Positions 1 to 10,085 of a DNA stretch of 63,713 nt are shown one piece after another. Made by a program: the position numbers and the translations under genes. The DNA comes from Microcoleaceae cyanobacterium (GTDB lineage: Bacteria; Cyanobacteriota; Cyanobacteriia; Cyanobacteriales; Microcoleaceae). Under the pieces are notes generated by a model. It was not told the origin of the DNA, did not search any database, and saw only the letters and a list, made by a program, of their open reading frames with translations. Position 1 is the stretch's first letter. The number at the start of each line of letters is the position of its first letter. The stretch lies in the NCBI GenBank assembly GCA_051652765.1, contig JBOFUV010000013.1:1-63713 (forward strand), given 5' to 3'.

Positions 1-137
1 AGCGAACTGGTCAGTGGTGCGGAATATATTTATCAATGTGGCGCGCAAGTTGGGCTTCAGTTCCATGGCCTCTGCCAAGCGAGCGCTTGCGAATCAGTGG
101 GAACAGGTTTTTCCTTGCCTACAATGAATCAGCCCTG
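1..137 (+). mobile_element. Right end of a probable ISAs1-family IS; terminus ...TGAATCAGCCCTG at 125-137
   Basis: Transposase-like C-terminus plus a terminal CCCTG, the reverse complement of the CAGGG that typically starts ISAs1-family IRs. The left end is not in the window. Confidence 0.55.
2..127 (+). CDS. 3' end of a probable ISAs1-family transposase (partial, 5' part outside window)
   Basis: Frame 2 reads ANWSVVRNIFINVARKLGFSSMASAKRALANQWEQVFPCLQ*, resembling ISAs1 C-termini (N-x-S/A-x-x-R-N-I-x-x-N). It is followed directly by a CAGCCCTG end motif. Confidence 0.65.
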   Translation, partial: ANWSVVRNIFINVARKLGFSSMASAKRALANQWEQVFPCLQ

Positions 138-252
138 CCCAATATTGGGGGTTTGGGGGCTCTTGGTTAGGCCCCCCTAGCCCCCCAATTCTGGGGGGGA
201 CTGGAAATTGGTTGGAGTTCAAAGCCCCCAATGTTGGGGGTTTGGGGGCTCT
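138..252. repeat. Cluster of GC-rich palindromic (REP/SDR-like) repeats
   Basis: CCCAATATTGGGGGTTTGGGGGCTCT (138-163), CCCCCCAATTCTGGGGGGG (181-199) and GCCCCCAATGTTGGGGGTTTGGGGGCTCT (224-252). Confidence 0.8.
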
Positions 253-524
253 GGGTTGGAGAATTGAAAGGCTCAAATGATAACTTCATTTTAGAGAAAG
301 ATCAACGCTAACTCTCTTCATGTCCACGTTGAAGTTAGATCAAACTCAACCTAAACATGACCTAAGTTCAACCTAAAATTGAGTCGATCCCCTGGCAACC
401 CAGTTCATTACAGTCTGTTAAGCAGTATTTCAAACCATCACAAACCGAGGGGATGAAAACCGCTGATAACCCTGTCCGTGTTACCATCACTCCTGATAAC
501 AATCAAATAAAAAGGAGAAAACCT

Positions 525-1748
525 GTGACGCTACGGGTTGCTGTTGTTGGTTCTGGGCCTGCGGGTTCCTCCGCTGCCGAAACATTAGTTAAAGCTGGAA
601 TTGAAACCTATTTGTTTGAACGCAAACTTGATAATGCCAAGCCTTGTGGTGGAGCGATTCCCCTCTGCATGGTGAGCGAGTTTGATCTTCCCCCCGAAAT
701 CATTGATCGCCGAGTCCGGAAGATGAAAATGATTTCCCCCTCAAATCGGGAAGTAGACATCAATCTAATTAACGAAGATGAATATATTGGCATGTGCCGC
801 CGGGAAGTGCTCGACGGATTCATGCGGGATCGGGCTGCTGCCCTGGGAGCCAAATTAATTAACGGCACCGTTCACAAGTTGGAGCTACCAACCCAGAGCA
901 ACCAGCCTTACACCCTGCACTACAACGATCATTCCGAAGGCACCGAGGGTGTAGGGGCTCCAAAAACTCTGAAAGTAGACTTAGTGATTGGGGCGGATGG
1001 CGCAAACTCCCGCGTCGCCAAGGCAATTGATGCTGGGGACTACAACTACGCGATCGCCTTCCAAGAGCGAATTCGGATTCCTGCCGACAAAATGGCCTAC
1101 TACGAAGATCGGGCGGAAATGTACGTTGGCAACGATGTTTCCCCGGACTTCTATGCCTGGGTATTCCCCAAGTATGACCACGTTGCCGTCGGAACTGGAA
1201 CCATGAAAGTCAATCAGGCCATGATCAAACAGTTACAAGCGGGAATTCGGGCTCGGGCAGCCCATCGAATTGAGGGCGGCCAAATTATTAAGGTTGAAGC
1301 TCACCCCATTCCTGAACATCCCCGTCCCCGTCGCGTTGTGGGTCGAGTTGCCCTTGTCGGTGATGCGGCTGGAACTGTTACCAAATCCTCTGGAGAAGGA
1401 ATTTACTTCGCGGCCAAATCCGGACGGATGTGTGCTGAAACCATTGTAGAAGCCTCCAATGACGGGGTTAAGATTCCGACAGAAGACGACCTCAAGCGCT
1501 ACATCAAGCGTTGGGATAAGCAGTACGGCATAACCTATTTGGTGTTGGACATTCTCCAACGGGTGTTTTATCGGACTGATGCAACCCGCGAAGCGTTTGT
1601 AGAAATGTGTTCTGATCTGGATGTCCAAAAGATGACTTTTGACAGCTATCTGTATAAAACCGTTGTTCCGATGAATCCTTTAGTGCAGATGAAAGTGACG
1701 GCCAAAACCCTGGCGAGTTTGTTGCGCGGCAACGCCCTAGCTCCTTAA
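525..1748 (+). CDS. chlP: Geranylgeranyl reductase
   Basis: LRVAVVGSGPAG FAD-binding start, AKPCGGAIPLCM and C-terminal LLRGNALAP. The GTG start at 525 follows AGGAG; the ORF track starts at 453. Confidence 0.96.
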   Translation: MTLRVAVVGSGPAGSSAAETLVKAGIETYLFERKLDNAKPCGGAIPLCMVSEFDLPPEIIDRRVRKMKMISPSNREVDINLINEDEYIGMCRREVLDGFMRDRAAALGAKLINGTVHKLELPTQSNQPYTLHYNDHSEGTEGVGAPKTLKVDLVIGADGANSRVAKAIDAGDYNYAIAFQERIRIPADKMAYYEDRAEMYVGNDVSPDFYAWVFPKYDHVAVGTGTMKVNQAMIKQLQAGIRARAAHRIEGGQIIKVEAHPIPEHPRPRRVVGRVALVGDAAGTVTKSSGEGIYFAAKSGRMCAETIVEASNDGVKIPTEDDLKRYIKRWDKQYGITYLVLDILQRVFYRTDATREAFVEMCSDLDVQKMTFDSYLYKTVVPMNPLVQMKVTAKTLASLLRGNALAP

Positions 1749-1807
1749 GGATTAGTTGACTTAATCTGGTTCTAGATCCTGGTGCAACGGATAGCTTAAG
1801 ATTTTTT

Positions 1808-1834
1808 TCAGGGTGCAGCGTTGCTGTGCCCTGA
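1808..1834 (+). terminator. Hairpin after chlP, putative intrinsic terminator
   Basis: TCAGGGTGCAGC-GTT-GCTGTGCCCTGA followed by TTGTTTTG. Confidence 0.55.
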
Positions 1835-1970
1835 TTGTTTTGCCTAAAGTCAGCTAAATTTGGCTGACTCTGGCTACAGGGGTGACCAACTATTATTCAG
1901 CTTCTAGAACCAAGGGATTCACAAAGGCAACTTTAGCCAGGGAATTATAGAGGGAATTATAGGGGGGATT

Positions 1971-3218
1971 TTAGGCTGACTTTAACTCTCGGTTGGCATT
2001 CATCGGAAGTTGCACTGTAAAACAACTTCCTACCCCGAGTTGGCTTGTCACCATAATCGATCCGCCATGATTTTGGGCAATATTTTGCGCGATCGCCAAT
2101 CCCAATCCAAACCCCGAACCATAAACACGGGAGCGATCTGCCCGCCAGAATCGGTCAAAAATATGCTCTATTTGATCAGAGGTCATCCCAACTCCCGTAT
2201 CCTGAACATCAACCAGAATTTGGCTATCCTGCTGATCGGTTTGGATCTCAATCGAACCCTGATCTAGGGTATAGCGCAAGGCATTGCTAATCAGGTTAGC
2301 AAATAGACGGGTTAGTTGCACCCGATCCCCGACGATCTCCAGATGGGGCCGAATCTGTGCAGCGAGATGAATCTGTCTGATTTCAGCTTCAGCCCGATAG
2401 AGTTGCACCAGTTCCTTTAACAGGGCTGTAAGATTGACGGGGTCTTGCTTTTGCGGTGGCGCTTGATCGGTTCGAGCCAACAGTAATAAATCCTCGGTCA
2501 GGGCGGTCATTTGAGTGGTTGCACTAGTGATCGCCTGAAATTTCTCCGCATCCAACTCCCTGATCCCTTCAGCATATTTGAGGGCAACGGCAGCGTTACT
2601 TTTAATCGCCATTAGAGGGTTGCGAAGTTCGTGGGACGCATCGGCTGTAAACTGTTGCAGGCGTTGAAAGCTTTTTTCAATGGGTTGCATTGCCTGATGG
2701 GTTAGCCAAATTCCACCTATCCCACTCAGGATCAATGCCAGGGCAACGCCACTGCCCAAGCCCCAATCCAAGCGTTGCAGTGTTTCATCGATTCCTGCAA
2801 AAGATTCACTCGCCCGGACATAGCCAATTAACTCGTTATTTCTCTCTTCTTCGATTGCCGGTACCGTCATACTTTGGGCTCGATACGGTGATGTCTGAGT
2901 TTGAACCGTTTGTTCAGCATCAAAGGGTAAGGTCAGAGGGTCATTGCCCCGCTGTTCAATCAACTTTCCCTGAGGATCAAACCACTGGACTGCTTGATTT
3001 GAATTCAGGGATAAATCAACCCCATCTACCGCTAATGTCTCACTTTCCAGATCAAGTTCACCGCTGGCAGCCTCCGCTAAAACTGCGACCCGCTCTGCCA
3101 ATTCCTGGCGTAAGCTGTTGGCAAATAAGCTACGAACGGCGATCGCAAACACTCCCAAAACGACCATGAGTACAGCAAGATAGGATAGTAACAACCGATA
3201 ACGGATTTTCTGGAACAC
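1971..3218 (-). CDS. Membrane sensor histidine kinase (HisKA + HATPase)
   Basis: Two TM segments, H-box FTADASHELRNPL, N-box NLISNALRYT, DTGVG and GLGLAIA. Confidence 0.93.
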   Translation of the reverse strand: MFQKIRYRLLLSYLAVLMVVLGVFAIAVRSLFANSLRQELAERVAVLAEAASGELDLESETLAVDGVDLSLNSNQAVQWFDPQGKLIEQRGNDPLTLPFDAEQTVQTQTSPYRAQSMTVPAIEEERNNELIGYVRASESFAGIDETLQRLDWGLGSGVALALILSGIGGIWLTHQAMQPIEKSFQRLQQFTADASHELRNPLMAIKSNAAVALKYAEGIRELDAEKFQAITSATTQMTALTEDLLLLARTDQAPPQKQDPVNLTALLKELVQLYRAEAEIRQIHLAAQIRPHLEIVGDRVQLTRLFANLISNALRYTLDQGSIEIQTDQQDSQILVDVQDTGVGMTSDQIEHIFDRFWRADRSRVYGSGFGLGLAIAQNIAQNHGGSIMVTSQLGVGSCFTVQLPMNANRELKSA

Positions 3219-3241
3219 GGGAGGTAGTCCTCTAAAATTCC

Positions 3242-3916
3242 TTAACTAGTTTGCAGACGGTAGCCAACACCGTAGACCGTCTCAATTAACCGATCTTTAC
3301 AGCCAGCATCCTTCAATTTTCGGCGGAGATTGGTAATGTGAGTTTTAATGGTATTTTCACCAGAGTCGCAGTCAATTTCCCAGAGCTTGTTGAGTAGCAT
3401 GGTGCGGGTAAAAACCTGACTTGAGTTTTGTAACAGGTATTCCAGGATTAAATATTCTTTGGGGGTTAAGTCTAGTCGGTTCCCACTATAGGTCACGGCA
3501 TGGCGCACAGGATCGAGCATCAGTTCTCCTTGCTGGATGACAGGATGTTGGATCTCAGGGGGACGGCGCAGCAACGCCCGGATTCGCGCATCTAGCTCTT
3601 CCAATTCAAATGGTTTGATCAGATAATCATCAGCACCTGCATCTAGCCCTACCACTTTGTCCGTTGTCGTATCTTTAGCAGTCAGCATCAGAATGAAACC
3701 AGAATATTCACAGGCCCGCAAGCGTTTGCAAAGGCTAATTCCATCCAAACGGGGTAACATTAAATCCAAAAGAATTAAATTGTATTCAATGGCTTGGGTA
3801 TATTCCCAACCTTGAATTCCATCTGATGCAATTTCAACGACATAATGTTGATGTCTCAAGTCTTCTGCTAAGGGCCGAGCAATCCGATCATCATCTTCTA
3901 CTAATAGGATTCTCAA
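3242..3916 (-). CDS. OmpR-family response regulator
   Basis: ILLVEDD, LDLMLP, GADDYLIKPF and winged-helix IETVYGVGYRL. Confidence 0.95.
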   Translation of the reverse strand: MRILLVEDDDRIARPLAEDLRHQHYVVEIASDGIQGWEYTQAIEYNLILLDLMLPRLDGISLCKRLRACEYSGFILMLTAKDTTTDKVVGLDAGADDYLIKPFELEELDARIRALLRRPPEIQHPVIQQGELMLDPVRHAVTYSGNRLDLTPKEYLILEYLLQNSSQVFTRTMLLNKLWEIDCDSGENTIKTHITNLRRKLKDAGCKDRLIETVYGVGYRLQTS

Positions 3917-3953
3917 GGTGTCTCACCTCCTGATTTAAGCTGAAAGAATCCCC

Positions 3954-3976
3954 CGACTTTAGCAAAACTAAAGTCG
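3954..3976 (-). terminator. Hairpin between the RTX gene and the response regulator
   Basis: CGACTTTAG-CAAAA-CTAAAGTCG, a perfect 9 bp stem. Confidence 0.45.
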
Positions 3977-3991
3977 AAGGAATGGTCAACG

Positions 3992-5203
3992 TTAGATCAC
4001 AAAGTTGCTGTTACTCAACAGATTAGCGCTTGTGTTCTGCAAGGTTGCTAATATCTGAAACGGACTAGACCCGGCATCCCCGTCCGGATCAATCCGAATT
4101 ACCGTATTGGAGCCTACTTGCTTAATTTGTAAGTAGTCATTGAATGGGTTAGAACTGCCGTAGTTCGATCCATCAAAGATTTCAACGAGAACAATCACAT
4201 CCTGACGGGTAAAATCTTCAATCTGATCGCCTTTGTCCTCCAAAGCCCGAAACACAAACTGATCTTCGCCTTTGCCCCCCTCTAAAAGATCTACACCCTT
4301 GCCGCCAATCAGGATATCCTGTCCTTTGCCACCGTCTAAAGTATCTAGTCCATCCCCCCCTATCAAGAAATCGTTGCCTTTTTGACCGATTAACTCATCT
4401 TTGCCCCCAAAGCCTTGCAACAAATCATCTCCCTGGCGACCATTGAGTATGTTTGCTCGATTGTCGCCATCAAGCACGTCATTTTCTGGGGTTCCGCGTC
4501 CGCTGCTCAGGGCTTCTGAACTTACAGAGGTGATGGATTCTAGTTCTAGGATAAACTCTGGTTCAAGGTTTTCATTGAGTTCCTCGACTAAAACCAAACC
4601 AATGTCCGGTGCATAATACTTAAAATCAGATACCCTAGGTGTGAGTTCGGTAGATTCAAGGGTTTGGAGAACGTTGTCCAAGTCTCCGAACTCAGTTTCC
4701 AAGGTTTGATCGATACTGATCACCTCCGCCTGATCTAAGGCTTCATCATTGGGGGCAAACTCCTGATAGTAGTTATCGCCAACTTGAGGATTGGCTTGCA
4801 GAATATAGCCCGGTGAAGCACCGTTGACTTGGGCTTCCCAAGCACCGTCGTTGTTGGTACCGATGAAATAACCTGCGTCGTCATACTCAAAGGCGGTTGT
4901 TGACTCACCCAAGTACCAGACATTGCCATCGGTATCTTGGGCGAACCAATCGTTTGTGTCCTCCTGAAGAAAATCTGTCCAAGACGTTTCTCGCACCACG
5001 GTTGCTGGAACGCCCGCAATATTTTCTGTTTGAAATGTGGTGACAAACCGGATAGTTTCCTCGATCGCTTCGCCGCCTTCTTCTGGTTCCGGCTCTCCTT
5101 CGTAGGTATAGACTGTTCCGGGAGTTAAGGGAAAATAGGGGTTGTCGATGGGCTCCCCAGCTTCAAAGGTGGCTTCGTTAAAATTGGGCAGTGTTGTCGC
5201 CAT
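3992..5203 (-). CDS. Acidic secreted protein with hemolysin-type Ca-binding (RTX) repeats and a T1SS-type C-terminus
   Basis: GGxGxDxLx nonapeptides and a C-terminal IRIDPDGDAG...LATLQN. The N-terminal domain (IDNPYFPLTPG, DWFAQDTDGNVWYLGE) is of unknown function. Confidence 0.8.
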   Translation of the reverse strand: MATTLPNFNEATFEAGEPIDNPYFPLTPGTVYTYEGEPEPEEGGEAIEETIRFVTTFQTENIAGVPATVVRETSWTDFLQEDTNDWFAQDTDGNVWYLGESTTAFEYDDAGYFIGTNNDGAWEAQVNGASPGYILQANPQVGDNYYQEFAPNDEALDQAEVISIDQTLETEFGDLDNVLQTLESTELTPRVSDFKYYAPDIGLVLVEELNENLEPEFILELESITSVSSEALSSGRGTPENDVLDGDNRANILNGRQGDDLLQGFGGKDELIGQKGNDFLIGGDGLDTLDGGKGQDILIGGKGVDLLEGGKGEDQFVFRALEDKGDQIEDFTRQDVIVLVEIFDGSNYGSSNPFNDYLQIKQVGSNTVIRIDPDGDAGSSPFQILATLQNTSANLLSNSNFVI

Positions 5204-5494
5204 GGGTTGATCTCCTTAAACCTTAGACTTGAAATGTTAAGCTCGAAACTTCAGGTCATTGCCTGTGGTGTTTCGTTGTCAGGAGAATAAAAAATAAATG
5301 TCAAGAAGTTGGCAAGAGACTGCTAAGTTTACGTTTCTTCATCAAAATAGAGAAGTTTACAGAGAGGTATGGAATACCTCTGAAACTTCAATCTCTCTTA
5401 TTAAGAGATATTAAGAGAGATGTAGGGGATCGAACTTGCGGCACTCACAGGAAAATTGCTAGATAACCCTCCAAGCTATCAATTTAATATCCTG

Positions 5495-6544
5495 TTACAA
5501 CAACTTCTTCAGTTCAGGATCTTCTGCCAATTGTTTCAGCACTTTTTTAATGTCTTGAGTGCGATCTTTCGTAGCAATTAACGTAACATTTCCATCCCGT
5601 ACCACTAACAAATCCTCAATCCCAATTGTCACAATTAAATCATCAGAATTATTGCTATAAAAAATTGAACCTGTGGTTTCCAAGCCAACATGGTTCGCCA
5701 ATTCTACATTGGGTTTTTGTTCTTTGGATAGACGCTCTAGAGCATTCCAATCACCCAGATCATCCCAATCAAAATCAATCGGAAAAACACAAGCCTTCTG
5801 GGTTTTTTCCATCACGGCATAGTCTAAACTAATCTTTGATAGCTGAGCATAAGCCTTTGCGCCATCTTGTTCTAAAGCCGCTACCAGTTCAGGCACATAA
5901 GTTCTAAACTCCTGCAACATCACTCCCACTCGGAAGACAAAAATTCCACCATTCCAACTAAAGCGCCCCGTCGCAAGGAATTGTTCTGCGGTTTCCTGAT
6001 CAGGTTTTTCAGTAAAGCGAGCCACCCGATAGGCCGGAATCCCATTGAAGAGGCCAATTTCATCTCCCTGTTCAATGTAGCCATAGCCCGTTGCTGGATA
6101 GGCAGGTTTGACTCCCAGAGTGACGATGACATCCTGGGTTTTCGCAAGTTCTGTCGCTGCCTTTAACGTGCTGTGAAAAATTTCCGGTTGCCCAATCCAA
6201 TGATCGGCTGGAAAAAACCCAACAATTGCTTCTTCACCATACCGTCGTGCGGCCTCAATGGTTGTCCAAGCAACGGCTGGAGCCGTGTCCCGACCTTCAG
6301 GTTCTGCCAGGATGTTTTGCTGAGGGAGTTCAGGCAGTTGTTGTTGGACTCCAGAAGCTAGCATCGTCGAAGTCACAACCCATAATCCCTCCCAACCCGA
6401 GGTTAGAGGTAACAATCGCTGAGCGGTTGACTGAAGTAAACTATTACCACTGCCATCTAAACTCAGAAATTGCTTGGGTCTATGTTTCCGGCTGAGAGGC
6501 CAAAATCGCTCTCCTTTGCCACCCGCGAGAATAACAGGTATCAT
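5495..6544 (-). CDS. manC: Mannose-1-phosphate guanylyltransferase
   Basis: IPVILAGGKGERFWPLSR, PKQFL, FTEKPD and WDDLGDW. Start placed at the ATG at 6544. Confidence 0.9.
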   Translation of the reverse strand: MIPVILAGGKGERFWPLSRKHRPKQFLSLDGSGNSLLQSTAQRLLPLTSGWEGLWVVTSTMLASGVQQQLPELPQQNILAEPEGRDTAPAVAWTTIEAARRYGEEAIVGFFPADHWIGQPEIFHSTLKAATELAKTQDVIVTLGVKPAYPATGYGYIEQGDEIGLFNGIPAYRVARFTEKPDQETAEQFLATGRFSWNGGIFVFRVGVMLQEFRTYVPELVAALEQDGAKAYAQLSKISLDYAVMEKTQKACVFPIDFDWDDLGDWNALERLSKEQKPNVELANHVGLETTGSIFYSNNSDDLIVTIGIEDLLVVRDGNVTLIATKDRTQDIKKVLKQLAEDPELKKLL

Positions 6545-6706
6545 GCGTTTTGAGATTCCAAGATGTCGCAACAGATGTCAAACAACTTAATCTTAAGTTG
6601 TCCATTGTCGATTGTCAGTAACTCCAGCTAAAGTCAGTCTTACATTTAGCTCGAAAAAGGTGTCCTAACCGTTCCCATCACTCATCCATCAATCCTTGAG
6701 TTTTCT

Positions 6707-8065
6707 ATGACTTCTCCTTCCCCTCTCCGATGGCGATCGCGGCCTCCCACTTGGCTGATTCTGAGTTCAATCTTCATTGGTATCGGAGCCCTAGCCGCTG
6801 GATTGGGTGCACTAACGGCGCTGTCGCGATCGCCTCAAGGAGCTTCTGCAACTGCCTCCAAGGTTTTGAATGAGTTCTGGCGAGATCGGTTTCAGTATAA
6901 ACTCTCTCGTCCAGTGAATATCTTGGTCATGGGCATTGACCGAGTTCCAGAAGCCAGTCCGGGGTCTGAGGAGATGTTTAGTGGTCGCAGTGATACCGTG
7001 TTGGTGGTGCGCTTTGATCCAGAGAACCAATCCTTTGGGCTACTCTCGATTCCGAGGGATACCCAGGTAGAATTTCCAGAAGCGGGTGTGGGGAAAATCA
7101 ATGAGGCCAACTATTGGGGCGGAACCCAACTCGCAACTCAGACCATTGAACGCTTACTGACTCCTCTGAAAGTGGATCGGTATGTGCGGGTGAGTCGGGG
7201 AGCATTTCAAGAGTTAGTCGATTTGCTGGGTGGGGTAGAAGTGCTCGTGCCTTATCCTATGTCCTATACTGACAAGACTCAACAGTTCAAAATCGAACTC
7301 TCTCCAGGTTGGCAAACCCTCAATGGTGAACAAGCCGATCAATTTGTCCGGTTCCGCAGCGATGCCTATGGAGACATTGGCCGAATTCAGCGACAACAAG
7401 CTCTGTTGCAAGCCATTCGAGAACGGCTTCAACGTCCAACCGTTTTGCCCCAATTGCCCAAAATGATTCGGGTGATGGAAAAGTACATTGACACCAATCT
7501 CAGCTTTGAAGAAATACTGACCCTGGCCAACTTTGGCTTGAATTTAAAGTCCGATCAATTTCAAATGGTGATGTTACCGGGGCGCAGTAGTGGGCCGGAA
7601 GAAGCCTTGAGCAGCTATTGGGTGATGGATGAGTCAGGTCGAGATCGGGTGTTGAGCCAGTACTTTAACTTATCTAACGTATCTAACCCGTCTAACCTGA
7701 GCAGCGAGGAGAATGCTGCACCTGAGGATGAGGAGGCTTCAAGTTCAGGTTCAGAGGAAGAGAAGAACAACCAACCCTCTGAACTCCCTCTAGACTTAAA
7801 GATTGCGATCCAGAATGCATCGGGGAACCCTGAAGCGGGCGATCGCTTGGTTAGTCAGTTAGCGGATCAGGGGTTTTACAACGTTTATTTGGCGGAGCGC
7901 TGGCCGGATCAAGAACTCCGAACCCGGATTATTGTTCAGACTGGAGACTTGACCCAGGCCACCAAACTGCAAAAGCTCCTGGGATTTGGCAGTTTGGAAG
8001 CGGCCTCAACTGGAGAAATCGGGTCTGACTTAACCATCCGCCTGGGGCAAGACTGGCAGCGCTAA
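6707..8065 (+). CDS. LCP (LytR-CpsA-Psr) family protein with LytR C-terminal domain
   Basis: N-terminal TM, GRSDT, SIPRDT, FVRFR and GDIGRIQRQQ. Confidence 0.92.
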   Translation: MTSPSPLRWRSRPPTWLILSSIFIGIGALAAGLGALTALSRSPQGASATASKVLNEFWRDRFQYKLSRPVNILVMGIDRVPEASPGSEEMFSGRSDTVLVVRFDPENQSFGLLSIPRDTQVEFPEAGVGKINEANYWGGTQLATQTIERLLTPLKVDRYVRVSRGAFQELVDLLGGVEVLVPYPMSYTDKTQQFKIELSPGWQTLNGEQADQFVRFRSDAYGDIGRIQRQQALLQAIRERLQRPTVLPQLPKMIRVMEKYIDTNLSFEEILTLANFGLNLKSDQFQMVMLPGRSSGPEEALSSYWVMDESGRDRVLSQYFNLSNVSNPSNLSSEENAAPEDEEASSSGSEEEKNNQPSELPLDLKIAIQNASGNPEAGDRLVSQLADQGFYNVYLAERWPDQELRTRIIVQTGDLTQATKLQKLLGFGSLEAASTGEIGSDLTIRLGQDWQR

Positions 8066-8091
8066 CAGTTTGGCGCGTTAACGGTTCAGGG

Positions 8092-9597
8092 TTAAGGGTT
8101 CAGCCTTGCATTCAGGGCATCACGAGCCTGTTCCCGATCATCAAAATGGACTTTTTCTGTGCCAAGAATTTGATAGTCTTCATGGCCTTTTCCGGCAATT
8201 AACACTCCATCTCCGGGTTGAGCCTCACGGATGGCTTGATGAATCGCCTGGGCGCGATCGCAAATCACCACAGGCTTCAGTCCTAGGGGAATGCCAGCCA
8301 ACACATCTTCTAAGATTCGATTTGGATCTTCGGTGCGAGGATTGTCAGAAGTTAAAACAGCAATATCGGCAAGTTCAGCCGCAATTTTTCCCATTTGGGG
8401 TCGTTTGCCGCGATCGCGATCGCCGCCACAGCCAAACACGCAGATCAGTTTGCCCGGAATAAAGGGCCGAGATGCCTTGAGTAAATTCTCCAAACTATCG
8501 GGGGTATGGGCATAGTCAACAATGACGCTAATGTCTTGGTCAGGGCTGACTTGTACCCGCTCCATTCGCCCTGGCACCCCGACAAATTCAGGCAAGGAAT
8601 TCACCATCTCAGACAGATTTAAGCCTAGGGCCAATCCAGCCCCGATCGCCCCTAACAAATTAGACAGGTTGTATCGACCCACTAAGGGCAGGAAAAATTC
8701 TGCTTCTCCAGCCGGAGTACGGAGCATACCCTGAACCCCAGTCGGTTGATAGGTGAGTTGATCTGCCCACAAATCTGCGGTGTTTTCTGTGATGCTGTAG
8801 CTCCAGGCGCGATCGCCCAAGTGTTCTAATAAGCGTCTGCCATAGGAATCATCCTGGTTCACCACAGCTCGACCCTGAAGATAGGGATGATTAAACAGGA
8901 GTGCCTTGGCTCCAAAGTAGTCCTCCATAGTCAAATGGTAGTCCAAATGATCCTGAGTTAGATTGGTGAACACTGTCACTTGAAAGGGACAGCCCAACAC
9001 CCGCTGTTGATGCAAGGCATGGGAACTAACTTCCATCACGCTATAGCTACAGCCAGCGGCTACCGCTTCTGCCAACTGTTGTTGCAGATCGACAGCAAAG
9101 GGAGTGGTGTAGGTCGCAGTCTTTTGAAAACCCGGCCAGCGGGTGTACAACGTTCCTAACAAGGCCGTTGGTTTCTGGGCTTGGGTGAGCAAAAACTCGA
9201 TTAAATGAGTCGTCGTAGTTTTGCCATTGGTTCCAGTGACCCCAATCAACTGGAGCTTTTGGGCTGGATAGTCGTAGAATGACGCGGCAACTTCGACACA
9301 GGCTTGAGTCATGCCTGCCAGGGGAATAACGCAGGGAACTCTCCCATTCGCATCGGGGGTCGGCGGAGTTTTTTCAAAGGCAGCGGGAGAGATTAAAGCT
9401 GCAACAGCCCCAGCGGCGATCGCACTCGGCCAGAAATCCCCACCATCAACCCGAGTTCCAGGCATTCCAATAAATAAATCTCCAGGTTTGCAGGCATGGG
9501 AATTGGTTGACAATCCGCTGACTTCCGCATCAAAAGCCGGATGAGAATTTAAGGGGGGTAGAGTTGAAACCGTTTTGAGTAACTCGCTTAGCTGCAT
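8092..9597 (-). CDS. murE: UDP-MurNAc-dipeptide:meso-DAP ligase
   Basis: GVTGTNGKTT, MEVSSH, DHLDYH, VDYAHTPD, DNPR and AGKGHE. Confidence 0.97.
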   Translation of the reverse strand: MQLSELLKTVSTLPPLNSHPAFDAEVSGLSTNSHACKPGDLFIGMPGTRVDGGDFWPSAIAAGAVAALISPAAFEKTPPTPDANGRVPCVIPLAGMTQACVEVAASFYDYPAQKLQLIGVTGTNGKTTTTHLIEFLLTQAQKPTALLGTLYTRWPGFQKTATYTTPFAVDLQQQLAEAVAAGCSYSVMEVSSHALHQQRVLGCPFQVTVFTNLTQDHLDYHLTMEDYFGAKALLFNHPYLQGRAVVNQDDSYGRRLLEHLGDRAWSYSITENTADLWADQLTYQPTGVQGMLRTPAGEAEFFLPLVGRYNLSNLLGAIGAGLALGLNLSEMVNSLPEFVGVPGRMERVQVSPDQDISVIVDYAHTPDSLENLLKASRPFIPGKLICVFGCGGDRDRGKRPQMGKIAAELADIAVLTSDNPRTEDPNRILEDVLAGIPLGLKPVVICDRAQAIHQAIREAQPGDGVLIAGKGHEDYQILGTEKVHFDDREQARDALNARLNP

Positions 9598-9633
9598 TCA
9601 CAAAAACTCCTGACGGGCATATCGGGCTGATTT

Positions 9634-9683
9634 TTCCAATTGAATCATTCCAATTGAATCATTCCAATTGAATCATTCCAATT
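9634..9683. repeat. Tandem 14-mer TTCCAATTGAATCA x3.5 upstream of murE
   Basis: Units start at 9634, 9648, 9662 and (partial) 9676. Confidence 0.9.
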
Positions 9684-9691
9684 TAGGATCA

Positions 9692-9799
9692 TACAGCGAT
9701 CCTCAGTCAATCATGAGAGATTCCAGAGAGGGGTTTGAGAATTTCGCTCCCAAGGAGAGGGCCAATGCCCCCTGCTCATCAATCATTGCTGATTGCACT
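9692..9799 (+). repeat. MITE-like dispersed repeat, copy A
   Basis: Aligns by eye with the reverse complement of 17789-17904 and with 37558-37672. Confidence 0.7.
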
Positions 9800-10078
9800 T
9801 TATTTGTACTTTTGTAAGAAAGACTCCAATTGCAGAACCGTTAGGCGAGGAGAAGGACGGGGCAAGAGTCGTTCGGCCTGATCCGCAGTTCGTTGAGAGA
9901 GAACCGGGACTTCATACTGATATTTTTGAAACCAAGCCTCGTTGGTGGTGATATCTCGAATTTCTAGTTCAAAGGAGCAATTAGCGTTGACATTGGCCTG
10001 AATCTGTTCTAGTTTTTCTTGCAATCCTTCGCAGAGATGACAACCCGGTTTACTGTAGAGAATTAAGTTCATATTCAA
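9800..10078 (-). CDS. Glutaredoxin-like protein (DUF836 type)
   Basis: LYSKPGCHLC and YQYEVPVL. Confidence 0.85.
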   Translation of the reverse strand: MNMNLILYSKPGCHLCEGLQEKLEQIQANVNANCSFELEIRDITTNEAWFQKYQYEVPVLSQRTADQAERLLPRPSPRLTVLQLESFLQKYK

Positions 10079-10085
10079 GTAATCT

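Noticed and set aside
94..276. 60-aa minus-strand ORF
   Set aside because: It translates the palindromic repeats and IS end; no coding evidence.
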